A DNA stretch of 64,000 nucleotides from Eubacterium sp. (GTDB taxonomy: Bacteria > Bacillota > Clostridia > Oscillospirales > Acutalibacteraceae), in assembly GCA_051881135.1 (NCBI GenBank), contig JBJEPH010000108.1, positions 59,728-123,727 on the forward strand. The letters are read 5' to 3'. Positions 54,734-64,000 of the stretch are shown piece by piece. The notes under the pieces were generated by a model that saw only the letters and a list, made by a program, of their open reading frames with translations, had not been told where the DNA came from and did no database searches. The position numbers and the translations under genes are program-made. Position 1 is the first letter of the stretch, and each line of letters begins with the position of its first letter.

Positions 54734-55927
54734 TTACTCGTTGATTGAAACAACAACGCCTGAACCTACTGTTCTACCACCTTCACGGATAGCGAAACGA
54801 AGACCTTCTTCGATAGCGATAGGAGTGATAAGCTCAACGTTCATATCAACGTTATCACCAGGCATACACATCTCAACACCTTCAGGAAGTGTGATAACAC
54901 CTGTTACGTCAGTTGTTCTGAAATAGAACTGAGGACGATAGTTGTTGAAGAATGGAGTATGACGGCCACCCTCGTCCTTTGAAAGAACGTAAACCTGACC
55001 TGTGAACTTTGTGTGTGGCTTGATTGAGCCCGGAGCTGCAAGAACCTGACCTCTCTTGATGTCTGTTCTCTGAACACCACGAAGCAAGCAACCTACGTTG
55101 TCACCGGCCTCAGCGTAGTCAAGGATCTTACGGAACATTTCGATACCTGTACATACAGTTGACTTGATTTCTTCCTCAAGACCAACCATTTCTACTGTAT
55201 CGTTTGTCTTAAGCTGACCTCTTTCAACTCTACCTGTAGCAACTGTACCACGACCTGTGATTGTGAATACGTCCTCAACAGGCATAAGGAAAGGAAGGTC
55301 TGCCTTACGGTCAGGAGTAGGAATATACTCGTCAACAGCGTCCATAAGCTCTTGGATGCAAGCGCAAGCAGGATCGTCGTTTGACTCAGCCTGAAGAGCA
55401 AGAAGAGCAGAACCCTTGATAATTGGGCACTCATCATCAAACTCATACTCAGCAAGAGTTTCTCTGATTTCCATTTCAACTAACTCAAGAAGCTCTTCGT
55501 CGTCAACTTGGTCAGTCTTGTTCATGAATACGATGATTGCAGGAACGCCAACCTGACGAGCAAGAAGAAGGTGTTCTTTTGTCTGAGCCATAGGGCCGTC
55601 AGTTGAAGCGATTACAAGGATAGCGCCGTCCATCTGTGCAGCACCTGTAATCATGTTCTTAATATAGTCAGCGTGACCCGGGCAGTCAACGTGAGCATAG
55701 TGACGAGCGTCTGTTTCATACTCAACGTGAGCTGTGTTGATTGTGATACCACGTTCTCTCTCTTCAGGAGCCTTATCGATATCAGCATAGTCCTCGAACT
55801 TTGCATAGCCCTTGTTTGCAAGATACTTTGTGATAGCAGCAGTAAGAGTAGTCTTACCGTGGTCAACGTGACCGATTGTACCAATGTTTACGTGTGGTTT
55901 GGTACGGTTAAAATGTTCCTTTGCCAT
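54734..55927 (-). CDS. tuf: Translation elongation factor Tu
   Basis: 397 aa. Contains [33 protein letters not shown]...DCPGHADY...NKTD. Confidence 0.99.
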   Translation of the reverse strand: MAKEHFNRTKPHVNIGTIGHVDHGKTTLTAAITKYLANKGYAKFEDYADIDKAPEERERGITINTAHVEYETDARHYAHVDCPGHADYIKNMITGAAQMDGAILVIASTDGPMAQTKEHLLLARQVGVPAIIVFMNKTDQVDDEELLELVEMEIRETLAEYEFDDECPIIKGSALLALQAESNDDPACACIQELMDAVDEYIPTPDRKADLPFLMPVEDVFTITGRGTVATGRVERGQLKTNDTVEMVGLEEEIKSTVCTGIEMFRKILDYAEAGDNVGCLLRGVQRTDIKRGQVLAAPGSIKPHTKFTGQVYVLSKDEGGRHTPFFNNYRPQFYFRTTDVTGVITLPEGVEMCMPGDNVDMNVELITPIAIEEGLRFAIREGGRTVGSGVVVSINE

Positions 55928-55974
55928 TGGAATTTCCTCCTTAAAATTTTACAATGAAAAATTTTGTTAATGTT

Positions 55975-56003
55975 ATAATATCAAATACTGATAAAAATAT
56001 CAA
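55975..56003 (-). promoter_or_regulatory. Candidate internal promoter for tuf in the fusA-tuf spacer
   Basis: On the minus strand: TTGATA, a 17-nt spacer, then TATTAT. An AAGGAGGAA RBS follows. Confidence 0.45.
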
Positions 56004-56019
56004 GTATTTTTAAAAATTT

Positions 56020-58128
56020 TTAGTCTTTCTTAGCGCGTTCGCTGATGATAGACTCAGAAATTGACTTCGGTACCTGCTCGTAGCCGTCCGGCTCCATAGT
56101 GTACTGTCCACGGCCCTGTGTCTTTGAACGAAGGTCGTTAACATAACCGAACATCTCTGACAACGGTACTCTTGCGTTGATTTGCTTTGCACCGATTCTG
56201 TCATCCATACCCTGAATTTGACCTCTACGCGAGTTCAAGTCACCGATAACATCGCCCATATAATCCTCGGGAACGATTACAGTAACCTTCATCATAGGCT
56301 CAAGGATAACAGGAGCAGCCTTCTTTGCAGCATCCTTAAATGCCATAGAACCGGCAATCTTAAACGCCATTTCAGATGAGTCAACATCGTGATAAGAACC
56401 ATCGTAAAGCTCGATTCTTACGTCAACTACATTGTAGCCTGCAAGGATACCGCTCTTCATAGCAGCCTGAATACCTGCGTCAACAGCAGGAATGTATTCC
56501 TTAGGAATAGCACCGCCGACGATTTGGTTCTCAAATTCGTAGCCCTTACCGATGCCGTTTTCATCAAGGTTAGGATACATACGGATTTTAACATGACCGT
56601 ACTGACCTGAACCACCTGATTGCTTCTTATACTTAAGGTCTGACATAGACTCTTGAGTGATTGTTTCCTTGTAAGCAACCTGAGGTGCGCCTACATTAGC
56701 CTCTACCTTAAATTCACGAAGAAGACGGTCAACAATAATTTCGAGGTGAAGCTCACCCATACCTGCAATAATTGTTTGTCCTGTTTCTTCATCGGTATAA
56801 GCCTTGAATGTCGGGTCCTCTTCAGCAAGCTTTGCAAGAGCAATACCCATCTTTTCCTGACCTGCCTTGGTCTTTGGCTCAATGGCAACACGGATAACAG
56901 GATCCGGGAAGTTCATTGACTCAAGAATGATTGGGTGGTTTTCGTCGCAAAGAGTATCACCTGTTGTAGTATTCTTCAAGCCAACAGCAGCAGCGATATC
57001 ACCTGCATAGCAGATAGGAATATCCTCTCTGTGATTAGCGTGCATTTGAAGAATACGGCCCATTCTTTCCTTATTGCCCTTTACGGAGTTGTAGCAAGGT
57101 GTACCTGCTTCAACTGTACCCGAGTAAACTCTGAAATAGCAGATTTTACCAACATACGGGTCTGTGGCAATCTTGAATGCCAAAGCTGAGAAAGGCTCGT
57201 CGTCCGAAGAATGACGGAATTCCTCCTCATCGGTATTCGGATTGATACCCTTGATAGATTCAACGTCTGTCGGAGCAGGCATATAGTCAACAATTGCGTC
57301 AAGCAACAGCTGAACACCCATATTTCTGTATGCTGTACCACAGCACATAGGAACCATTTCGCCTGCGATAGTAGCCTTACGAATGATAGGCTTCATTTCT
57401 TCGATAGTGATTGCGTCCTCACCCTCTTCGAAATATCTTTCCATCAATTCGTCGTCCTGCTCTGCGATGAATTCGATAAGCTTTGTTCTGAATTCAGCAG
57501 CCTTGTCCTTGAGCTCGTCACGAATTTCTCTCTCCTCGATAACAGAACCGTTGTTCTTGTCGGGATCGATATAAACGAACTCCTTGTTTTTAAGAAGGTC
57601 GATAACACCTTCAAATGTATCCTCGCTGCCGATAGGAAGCTGAATAGGAATTGCATTACACTTGAAACGGTCAAGAACCATTTCATATACATTGTAGAAG
57701 TCTGCGCCCATAATATCCATTTTGTTTACGAATATCATACGCGGAACTTTATAGTCGTCAGCCTGACGCCATACGGTTTCAGACTGTGGCTCAACGCCGC
57801 CCTTTGCACAAAGAACAGTTACAGAGCCGTCAAGTACACGGAGTGAACGCTGTACTTCAACTGTGAAGTCAACGTGGCCCGGTGTATCGATAATATTGAT
57901 TCTGTGGTCCTTCCAGAAGCATGTTGTAGCAGCAGATGTAATGGTAATACCTCTCTCCTGCTCCTGTGCCATCCAGTCCATAGTCGCAGCACCGTCATGT
58001 GTTTCACCAATCTTATGGTTAATACCGGTGTAGTAAAGAATACGCTCTGTTGTTGTAGTCTTACCGGCATCGATGTGCGCCATAATACCAATATTTCTTG
58101 TTTGTTCAAGAGACACTTTTCTTGGCAT
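56020..58128 (-). CDS. fusA: Translation elongation factor G
   Basis: 702 aa. Contains [20 protein letters not shown]...DTPGHVDFT...NKMD. Confidence 0.99.
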   Translation of the reverse strand: MPRKVSLEQTRNIGIMAHIDAGKTTTTERILYYTGINHKIGETHDGAATMDWMAQEQERGITITSAATTCFWKDHRINIIDTPGHVDFTVEVQRSLRVLDGSVTVLCAKGGVEPQSETVWRQADDYKVPRMIFVNKMDIMGADFYNVYEMVLDRFKCNAIPIQLPIGSEDTFEGVIDLLKNKEFVYIDPDKNNGSVIEEREIRDELKDKAAEFRTKLIEFIAEQDDELMERYFEEGEDAITIEEMKPIIRKATIAGEMVPMCCGTAYRNMGVQLLLDAIVDYMPAPTDVESIKGINPNTDEEEFRHSSDDEPFSALAFKIATDPYVGKICYFRVYSGTVEAGTPCYNSVKGNKERMGRILQMHANHREDIPICYAGDIAAAVGLKNTTTGDTLCDENHPIILESMNFPDPVIRVAIEPKTKAGQEKMGIALAKLAEEDPTFKAYTDEETGQTIIAGMGELHLEIIVDRLLREFKVEANVGAPQVAYKETITQESMSDLKYKKQSGGSGQYGHVKIRMYPNLDENGIGKGYEFENQIVGGAIPKEYIPAVDAGIQAAMKSGILAGYNVVDVRIELYDGSYHDVDSSEMAFKIAGSMAFKDAAKKAAPVILEPMMKVTVIVPEDYMGDVIGDLNSRRGQIQGMDDRIGAKQINARVPLSEMFGYVNDLRSKTQGRGQYTMEPDGYEQVPKSISESIISERAKKD

Positions 58129-58149
58129 AATATCCTCCTGTCCGACAGA

Positions 58150-58620
58150 TTAGTATCTGAAATGAGCAAAAGCCTTGTTTGCTTCTGCCATTCTGTGTGT
58201 ATCTTCACACTTCTTAACTGCTCCGCCTGTCTTATTTGCAGCGTCCATAAGCTCTGCTGCGAGACGTTCCTTCATAGTTCTTTCACTTCTTGCACGAGCA
58301 AATGAAGTAATCCATCTAAGACCTAAAGTTTGTCTTCTTTCAGGACGAACCTCAAGAGGAACTTGATATGTTGCACCGCCTATACGACGAGCCTTAACTT
58401 CAAGTACAGGCATTACATTTTCCATAGCAGCCTCGAATGTTTCGAGCGGGTCATTGCCTGTCTTTTCCTGAATGATGTCGAACGCACCGTAAACGATTTT
58501 CTGTGCGACACCCTTCTTTCCATCTAACATAACATTATTAATCAGACGAGTAACAACCTTTGAGTTGTACAACGGATCCGGTAATACGTCACGCTTAGCG
58601 ATCTGGCCTCTTCTTGGCAT
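58150..58620 (-). CDS. rpsG: 30S ribosomal protein S7
   Basis: 156 aa. Contains [28 protein letters not shown]... Confidence 0.99.
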   Translation of the reverse strand: MPRRGQIAKRDVLPDPLYNSKVVTRLINNVMLDGKKGVAQKIVYGAFDIIQEKTGNDPLETFEAAMENVMPVLEVKARRIGGATYQVPLEVRPERRQTLGLRWITSFARARSERTMKERLAAELMDAANKTGGAVKKCEDTHRMAEANKAFAHFRY

Positions 58621-58758
58621 CTTCGCTTCCCTCCTTCATTATAATTCGATGAGTTCATAGGTACTCGGTTTTTGTTTACCGTCGGAGCCAACAAGGGCTT
58701 ACGCTATCTATATAGATAAATAAACTATTGTTGGATTTTCCTACGATTTTAAAGATGT

Positions 58759-59181
58759 TTAGGCTTTCTTAGCCTTCGGCTTCTTTGCGCCGTACTTTGA
58801 ACGGCTCTGCATTCTGCCGTTTACGCCCTGTGTATCAAGTGTACCACGGATGATGTGATAACGAACACCGGGTAAATCCTTAACACGACCGCCACGAACC
58901 ATAACAACGGAGTGCTCCTGAAGGTTGTGACCAACGCCCGGAATGTATGCAGTTACTTCCATACCGTTTGTAAGACGAACTCTGGCAATCTTACGAAGTG
59001 CTGAGTTAGGCTTCTTAGGTGTAGCTGTCTTTACTGCTGTACAAACACCGCGCTTTTGCGGAGAAGAGTTATTTGTCATAACATTCTTCTTTGTGTTTAG
59101 ACCCTTTTGAAGTGCAGGTGCAGTTGACTTCTTTTCAAGTGACTTACGACCTGTTCTAACTAATTGGTTAAAGGTAGGCAA
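58759..59181 (-). CDS. rpsL: 30S ribosomal protein S12
   Basis: 140 aa. Contains [14 protein letters not shown]...[16 protein letters not shown]... Confidence 0.99.
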   Translation of the reverse strand: MPTFNQLVRTGRKSLEKKSTAPALQKGLNTKKNVMTNNSSPQKRGVCTAVKTATPKKPNSALRKIARVRLTNGMEVTAYIPGVGHNLQEHSVVMVRGGRVKDLPGVRYHIIRGTLDTQGVNGRMQSRSKYGAKKPKAKKA

Positions 59182-59394
59182 TAGTTCATTCTCCTTTCAT
59201 TTATTTGTGCATAGCAAACGCGCAATATACACATTTCATATTTTTAGCAAAAAATCCAAAAATATCAAATGTATATATTACTCACCGTATGGGACACGGA
59301 AAAATCCGTATCCCATTAGGTGATTTAAACAAATTAAGGCACATAAATTTGTCAATATTCAACAAATCAGCCTGACACAATCATATATTATAAC

Positions 59395-62300
59395 TTAGTT
59401 TGTGCCATTTGTCAATAGCTGTTGTAATTGTTCCAAATCTTTTATTTCCATAGAATTTTCCGATGAAAAATAGCTTGGAATAACATCAACTTTTCTGAAT
59501 ACATTCATACCGGTACCTGCCGGAACAAGCTTACCGATAAGAACATTTTCCTTAAGACCGATAAGCGGGTCAACCTTTCCGCGAATAGCCGCATCTGTAA
59601 GAACTCTTGTTGTTTCCTGGAATGAAGCAGCGGACAGGAAGGAATCGGTTGCAAGAGATGCCTTTGTAATACCGAGAAGAAGCGGAATATAGGTTGCGTG
59701 CTTAAGATTTGTTTCGCCTGCAGCAATTCTTGCGTCAATCTTGTCGTTTGCCTCTGCAACTGCGGCAACATCAACATTTGTGCCCGAAATCAAATCTGTA
59801 TCGCCCTGGTCATCCACAATACACTTCTTAAGCATCTGTCTTACGATAACCTCGATGTGCTTATCGTTGATATCAACACCCTGTGTACGATATGCATACT
59901 GTACCTCTTTAATAAGGTAGTTATATACAGCCTCTTCACCGAGAATTGCAAGAACATCGTGCGGGTTCTTAGAACCGACAGTCAGCTCTGTACCCTTTTC
60001 AATGTGAGCGCCCTCAACAATGTTTTCGCATACTCTGTATCCGTAAGGGATAAGATATTTCTTTTCCTCGCCTGTTTCCTGATTGAATACAACAACGTGG
60101 CGGGTTTTCTTGATTTCCTCAAATCGAACATCACCCTCGATTTCGGAAAGAATTGCAAGCTGCTTCGGCTTTCTTGCTTCAAACAGCTCCTCGACTCTCG
60201 GAAGACCCTGTGTGATATCCTCGCCTCCTGCAACACCACCGGTGTGGAAGGTTCTCATTGTAAGCTGTGTACCCGGCTCACCGATTGACTGAGCAGCGAT
60301 GATACCAACTGCCTCACCAACCTGAACAGGCTCCTGGAATGCAAGGTTTGAACCGTAGCACTTACGGCATACGCCGTGGCGTGATTTACAGGTGATAAGC
60401 GAACGAATCTTAACTCTTGTGATGCCTGCATCTGTGATTCGCTTTGCATCTTCCTCGTCCATAAGCTTATCCGTGTCAACAAGAACCTCTCCTGTTTGCG
60501 GATGAACAACCGTCTCGGAAACATATCTTCCGATAAGTCTTTCCTCTAAGGATTCAAGAACACGGTTGCCGTCCATAATAGCATATACTTCAATACCGTC
60601 GTGACAGCCGCAGTCATTATCTCTGATGATAACATCCTGTGAAACGTCAACAAGACGACGGGTTAAATAACCTGAGTCGGCTGTACGAAGCGCTGTATCG
60701 GTAAGACCCTTACGAGCACCACGGGAGGAGATGAAATATTCAAGAATATTAAGACCTTCACGGTAGTTGGCACGAATAGGAATTTCGATTGTCTTACCTG
60801 ATGTGTTGGCAATAAGTCCTCTCATACCGGCAAGCTGACGAAGCTGTGAGGTACTACCACGGGCACCTGAATCTACCATCATATGAATCGGGTTATGAGT
60901 ACCGTCAAAGTTAGATGTGAGCTCGTTTGAAACCTTGTTTGTGCAAGCCTCCCAGGTTTTAATAACGGCTGCCGATCTTTCTTCGTTTGTAATTTCACCG
61001 AAGTTGTATGATGTTGTGATTTCGTCAATCTTTGCTTCTGCTTCTGCAAGGAATTCCTTCTTCTTTTCTGGAATAAGTGCGTCGATAACGGCAACTGTTG
61101 TACCGGATACGGTTGAATACTTATATCCCTGGCTCTTAATATCGTCAAGAACCTTTGAAGCGATTGAAACGCCGTGCTGTCTTATGCAGGCATCGGCAAT
61201 TTTACCAAGGCCGCCCTTCTTAACAACAAAGTTGATTTCAAGGTCGCAGGCATTTTCCGGATTTGTTCTGTCAACAAAGCCGAGGTCCTGAGGAATAGGT
61301 CTGTTGAAGATTACACGTCCGATTGTGGTTACGATTGTAGCAACACTTGTGCCGTCCTCAGTCTGCTTTGAAACACGAATTCTGCAAGGTGAATGAATAC
61401 CCAATGAGCCTTCCTGATAAGCCATCATAGCCTCATCGCAATCTCTGAATATTCTATATGTCTTGTAAATTCCGAACTTCTCTTTAAGAACATCGTCCTT
61501 TTCTGCAAGAAGAATATCCGAATCGGTAAGCTCGCCGTTTACAAGCGTCTTAACATCTTCAAATGAAATTTCTTCCTGTCTTAATTCGTCCTTAAAGAAC
61601 TTAGGCTGACCTGCCTCGCCTTCCTTAATCATAGTTAGATAGTATGAACCGATAATCATATCCTGTGTAGGAACAGCTACCGGCTTGCCGTCGGACGGCT
61701 TAAGAAGGTTATTTGAAGCAATCATAAGCATTCTTGCCTCTGCCTGTGCCTCTGCAGAAAGAGGAACATGAACAGCCATTTGGTCACCGTCGAAGTCGGC
61801 GTTAAACGCTGTACAGGCAAGCGGATGAAGCTTAATTGCTCTACCCTCAACGAGCACCGGCTCGAATGCCTGAATACCGAGTCTGTGAAGTGTGGGAGCA
61901 CGGTTAAGCATTACCGGATGATCCTTAATTACAACCTCTAATGCATCCCAAACCTCTGCGCGATTTGCCTTCTCTACCATCTTTCTTGCCTGCTTGATAT
62001 TTGAAGCAAAGCCTGTTTCAACAAGGCGCTTCATAACAAACGGCTTAAACAGCTCAATAGCCATTTCCTTCGGAAGACCGCACTGATACATTTTAAGCTC
62101 CGGTCCTACAACGATAACGGAACGGCCTGAGTAGTCAACACGCTTACCGAGAAGGTTTTGACGGAAGCGTCCCTGCTTACCCTTAAGCATATCGGAAAGT
62201 GACTTAAGCGGTCTGTTGTTAGGTCCTGTTACTGGACGTCCGCGACGGCCGTTATCAATAAGAGCGTCAACGGATTCCTGAAGCATTCTCTTTTCGTTAC

Positions 62301-63147
62301 GAACGATGATGTCGGGAGCGTGAAGCTCAAGCAATCTCTTAAGACGGTTGTTTCTGTTGATAACTCGTCTGTAAAGGTCGTTAAGGTCAGATGTGGCAAA
62401 TCTGCCACCGTCAAGCTGTACCATAGGTCTGATATCCGGAGGGATAACAGGGATAACGTCAAGAATCATCCATTCAAGCTTGTTTCCGCTGTTAACAAAT
62501 GCGTCAACAACATCTAATCTCTTTAAAAGCTTTGCTCTCTTTTGTCCGGTTGCCTCTTCAAGCTCGGCAGCGAGCTGGTCACGGAGAGTTTCGGCATCAA
62601 TTTCGGCAAGAAGCTCTTTGATAGCCTCTGCACCCATACCTGCCTTGAAGTCGTCCTCGTATCTCTCACGCATATCTTGATACTCTTTTTCCGTAAGAGT
62701 TTGATACTTTTGAAGCGGAGTATCGCCCGGATCAATTACGATATAGAGTGCAAAATAAAGCACCTTTTCAAGATTTCTTTGGTTGATGTCAAGGACCTGA
62801 CCGATACGGCTCGGGATACCCTTGAAATACCAAATATGTGATACAGGGGCAGCAAGCTCGATATGGCCCATACGCTCTCTACGAACCTTTGCACGAGTGA
62901 TTTCAACACCGCAGCGCTCGCAAACCTTGCCCTTGTAGCGAACTCTTCTGTATTTTCCGCAGTGACATTCCCAGTCCTTCATAGGACCGAAAATTCTTTC
63001 GCAGAAAAGACCGTTTGTTTCCGGCTTAAGAGTTCTGTAATTTATTGTTTCAGGCTTTGTAACTTCACCGTATGACCATTCACGGATGCGTTCCGGTGAG
63101 GCTAAGCCGATTTTAATTGAACTGAATTCATTTGTTGAATTATCCAT
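59395..63147 (-). CDS. rpoC: DNA-directed RNA polymerase subunit beta'
   Basis: 1250 aa. It has the zinc-binding [20 protein letters not shown] and the catalytic NADFDGDQM motif. Confidence 0.99.
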   Translation of the reverse strand: MDNSTNEFSSIKIGLASPERIREWSYGEVTKPETINYRTLKPETNGLFCERIFGPMKDWECHCGKYRRVRYKGKVCERCGVEITRAKVRRERMGHIELAAPVSHIWYFKGIPSRIGQVLDINQRNLEKVLYFALYIVIDPGDTPLQKYQTLTEKEYQDMRERYEDDFKAGMGAEAIKELLAEIDAETLRDQLAAELEEATGQKRAKLLKRLDVVDAFVNSGNKLEWMILDVIPVIPPDIRPMVQLDGGRFATSDLNDLYRRVINRNNRLKRLLELHAPDIIVRNEKRMLQESVDALIDNGRRGRPVTGPNNRPLKSLSDMLKGKQGRFRQNLLGKRVDYSGRSVIVVGPELKMYQCGLPKEMAIELFKPFVMKRLVETGFASNIKQARKMVEKANRAEVWDALEVVIKDHPVMLNRAPTLHRLGIQAFEPVLVEGRAIKLHPLACTAFNADFDGDQMAVHVPLSAEAQAEARMLMIASNNLLKPSDGKPVAVPTQDMIIGSYYLTMIKEGEAGQPKFFKDELRQEEISFEDVKTLVNGELTDSDILLAEKDDVLKEKFGIYKTYRIFRDCDEAMMAYQEGSLGIHSPCRIRVSKQTEDGTSVATIVTTIGRVIFNRPIPQDLGFVDRTNPENACDLEINFVVKKGGLGKIADACIRQHGVSIASKVLDDIKSQGYKYSTVSGTTVAVIDALIPEKKKEFLAEAEAKIDEITTSYNFGEITNEERSAAVIKTWEACTNKVSNELTSNFDGTHNPIHMMVDSGARGSTSQLRQLAGMRGLIANTSGKTIEIPIRANYREGLNILEYFISSRGARKGLTDTALRTADSGYLTRRLVDVSQDVIIRDNDCGCHDGIEVYAIMDGNRVLESLEERLIGRYVSETVVHPQTGEVLVDTDKLMDEEDAKRITDAGITRVKIRSLITCKSRHGVCRKCYGSNLAFQEPVQVGEAVGIIAAQSIGEPGTQLTMRTFHTGGVAGGEDITQGLPRVEELFEARKPKQLAILSEIEGDVRFEEIKKTRHVVVFNQETGEEKKYLIPYGYRVCENIVEGAHIEKGTELTVGSKNPHDVLAILGEEAVYNYLIKEVQYAYRTQGVDINDKHIEVIVRQMLKKCIVDDQGDTDLISGTNVDVAAVAEANDKIDARIAAGETNLKHATYIPLLLGITKASLATDSFLSAASFQETTRVLTDAAIRGKVDPLIGLKENVLIGKLVPAGTGMNVFRKVDVIPSYFSSENSMEIKDLEQLQQLLTNGTN

Positions 63148-63209
63148 ATTGGAAGCACTCCTTTATCTTTAATATATTGGAAAGTAATCAAGAATTAATA
63201 TACATTATA

Positions 63210-64000
<791 letters not shown>

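Noticed and set aside
58621-58758. 138-nt rpsL-rpsG spacer with a small palindrome (ATCTATATAGAT), considered as an S7 autoregulatory site or ncRNA
   Set aside because: A spacer of this size is normal for str operons. I cannot derive a convincing conserved structure by eye, and the space is too small for an independent RNA gene.
59289-59316. Hairpin ATGGGA(C/T)ACGG-loop-CCGT(A)TCCCAT between rpoC and rpsL, considered as an rpoC terminator
   Set aside because: It is a 10/11-bp stem, but no U-tract follows it on the minus strand. It could be a processing or pause site, and I cannot support a terminator call. I also found no promoter upstream of rpsL that is strong enough to report; only weak TTGATA-16-TAAAAA-like matches are present.

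Overview
This is a 64-kb chromosomal segment from a spore-forming Firmicute of class Clostridia. Gene content and codon style look Oscillospiraceae/Ruminococcus-like, but that is an unverified inference. Most of the window is core housekeeping, and almost all of it is on the minus strand. The core blocks are as follows. (1) rpoB(3' part)-rpoC-rpsL-rpsG-fusA-tuf at 54.7-64 kb. (2) recD2, an mreB paralog and a dedicated ECF transporter at 48.2-54.6 kb. (3) PFOR (nifJ) at 36.4-40 kb. (4) A long translationally coupled block at 7.8-25.4 kb: trmH-like, dprA, topA, trmFO, plsX, rnc, radical-SAM, smc, ftsY, rdgB, yhbY, nadD, yqeK, rsfS, leuS. (5) rpsU, aroQ and efp at 1.4-2.7 kb. No rRNA, tRNA, CRISPR array, transposase, integrase or reverse transcriptase was found. 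Accessory material is concentrated at 25.6-36.4 kb and 40.1-48.0 kb. The most interesting locus is a visibly AT-rich, terminator-bracketed block of about 3.6 kb at 27.15-30.83 kb, immediately 3' of an intact sigK. It encodes an XRE repressor-like protein. Divergent from it is a soluble SPFH/Band-7 protein carrying a glycine-rich linker and four C-terminal zinc ribbons. Two uncharacterised membrane proteins follow, one with a cytoplasmic zinc ribbon. A perfect 7-1-7 palindrome sits on the shared -35 of the divergent promoters. The block resembles a PspA-less version of the Bacillus ydjGHI module and is my best candidate for an undescribed membrane-surveillance or anti-phage system. Secondary candidates are listed here. 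(a) A two-gene operon of an HprK-like P-loop protein and a transcobalamin-like (DUF4430) lipoprotein. (b) An ECF sigma, a beta-propeller membrane protein and a secreted papain-fold/FN3-array protein. (c) A tiny acidic Cys-Asp-repeat zinc-ribbon protein next to efp. (d) An orphan HTH-TPR (RNPP-like) regulator. All functional calls come from reading the translated ORFs and motifs. No database search was possible.
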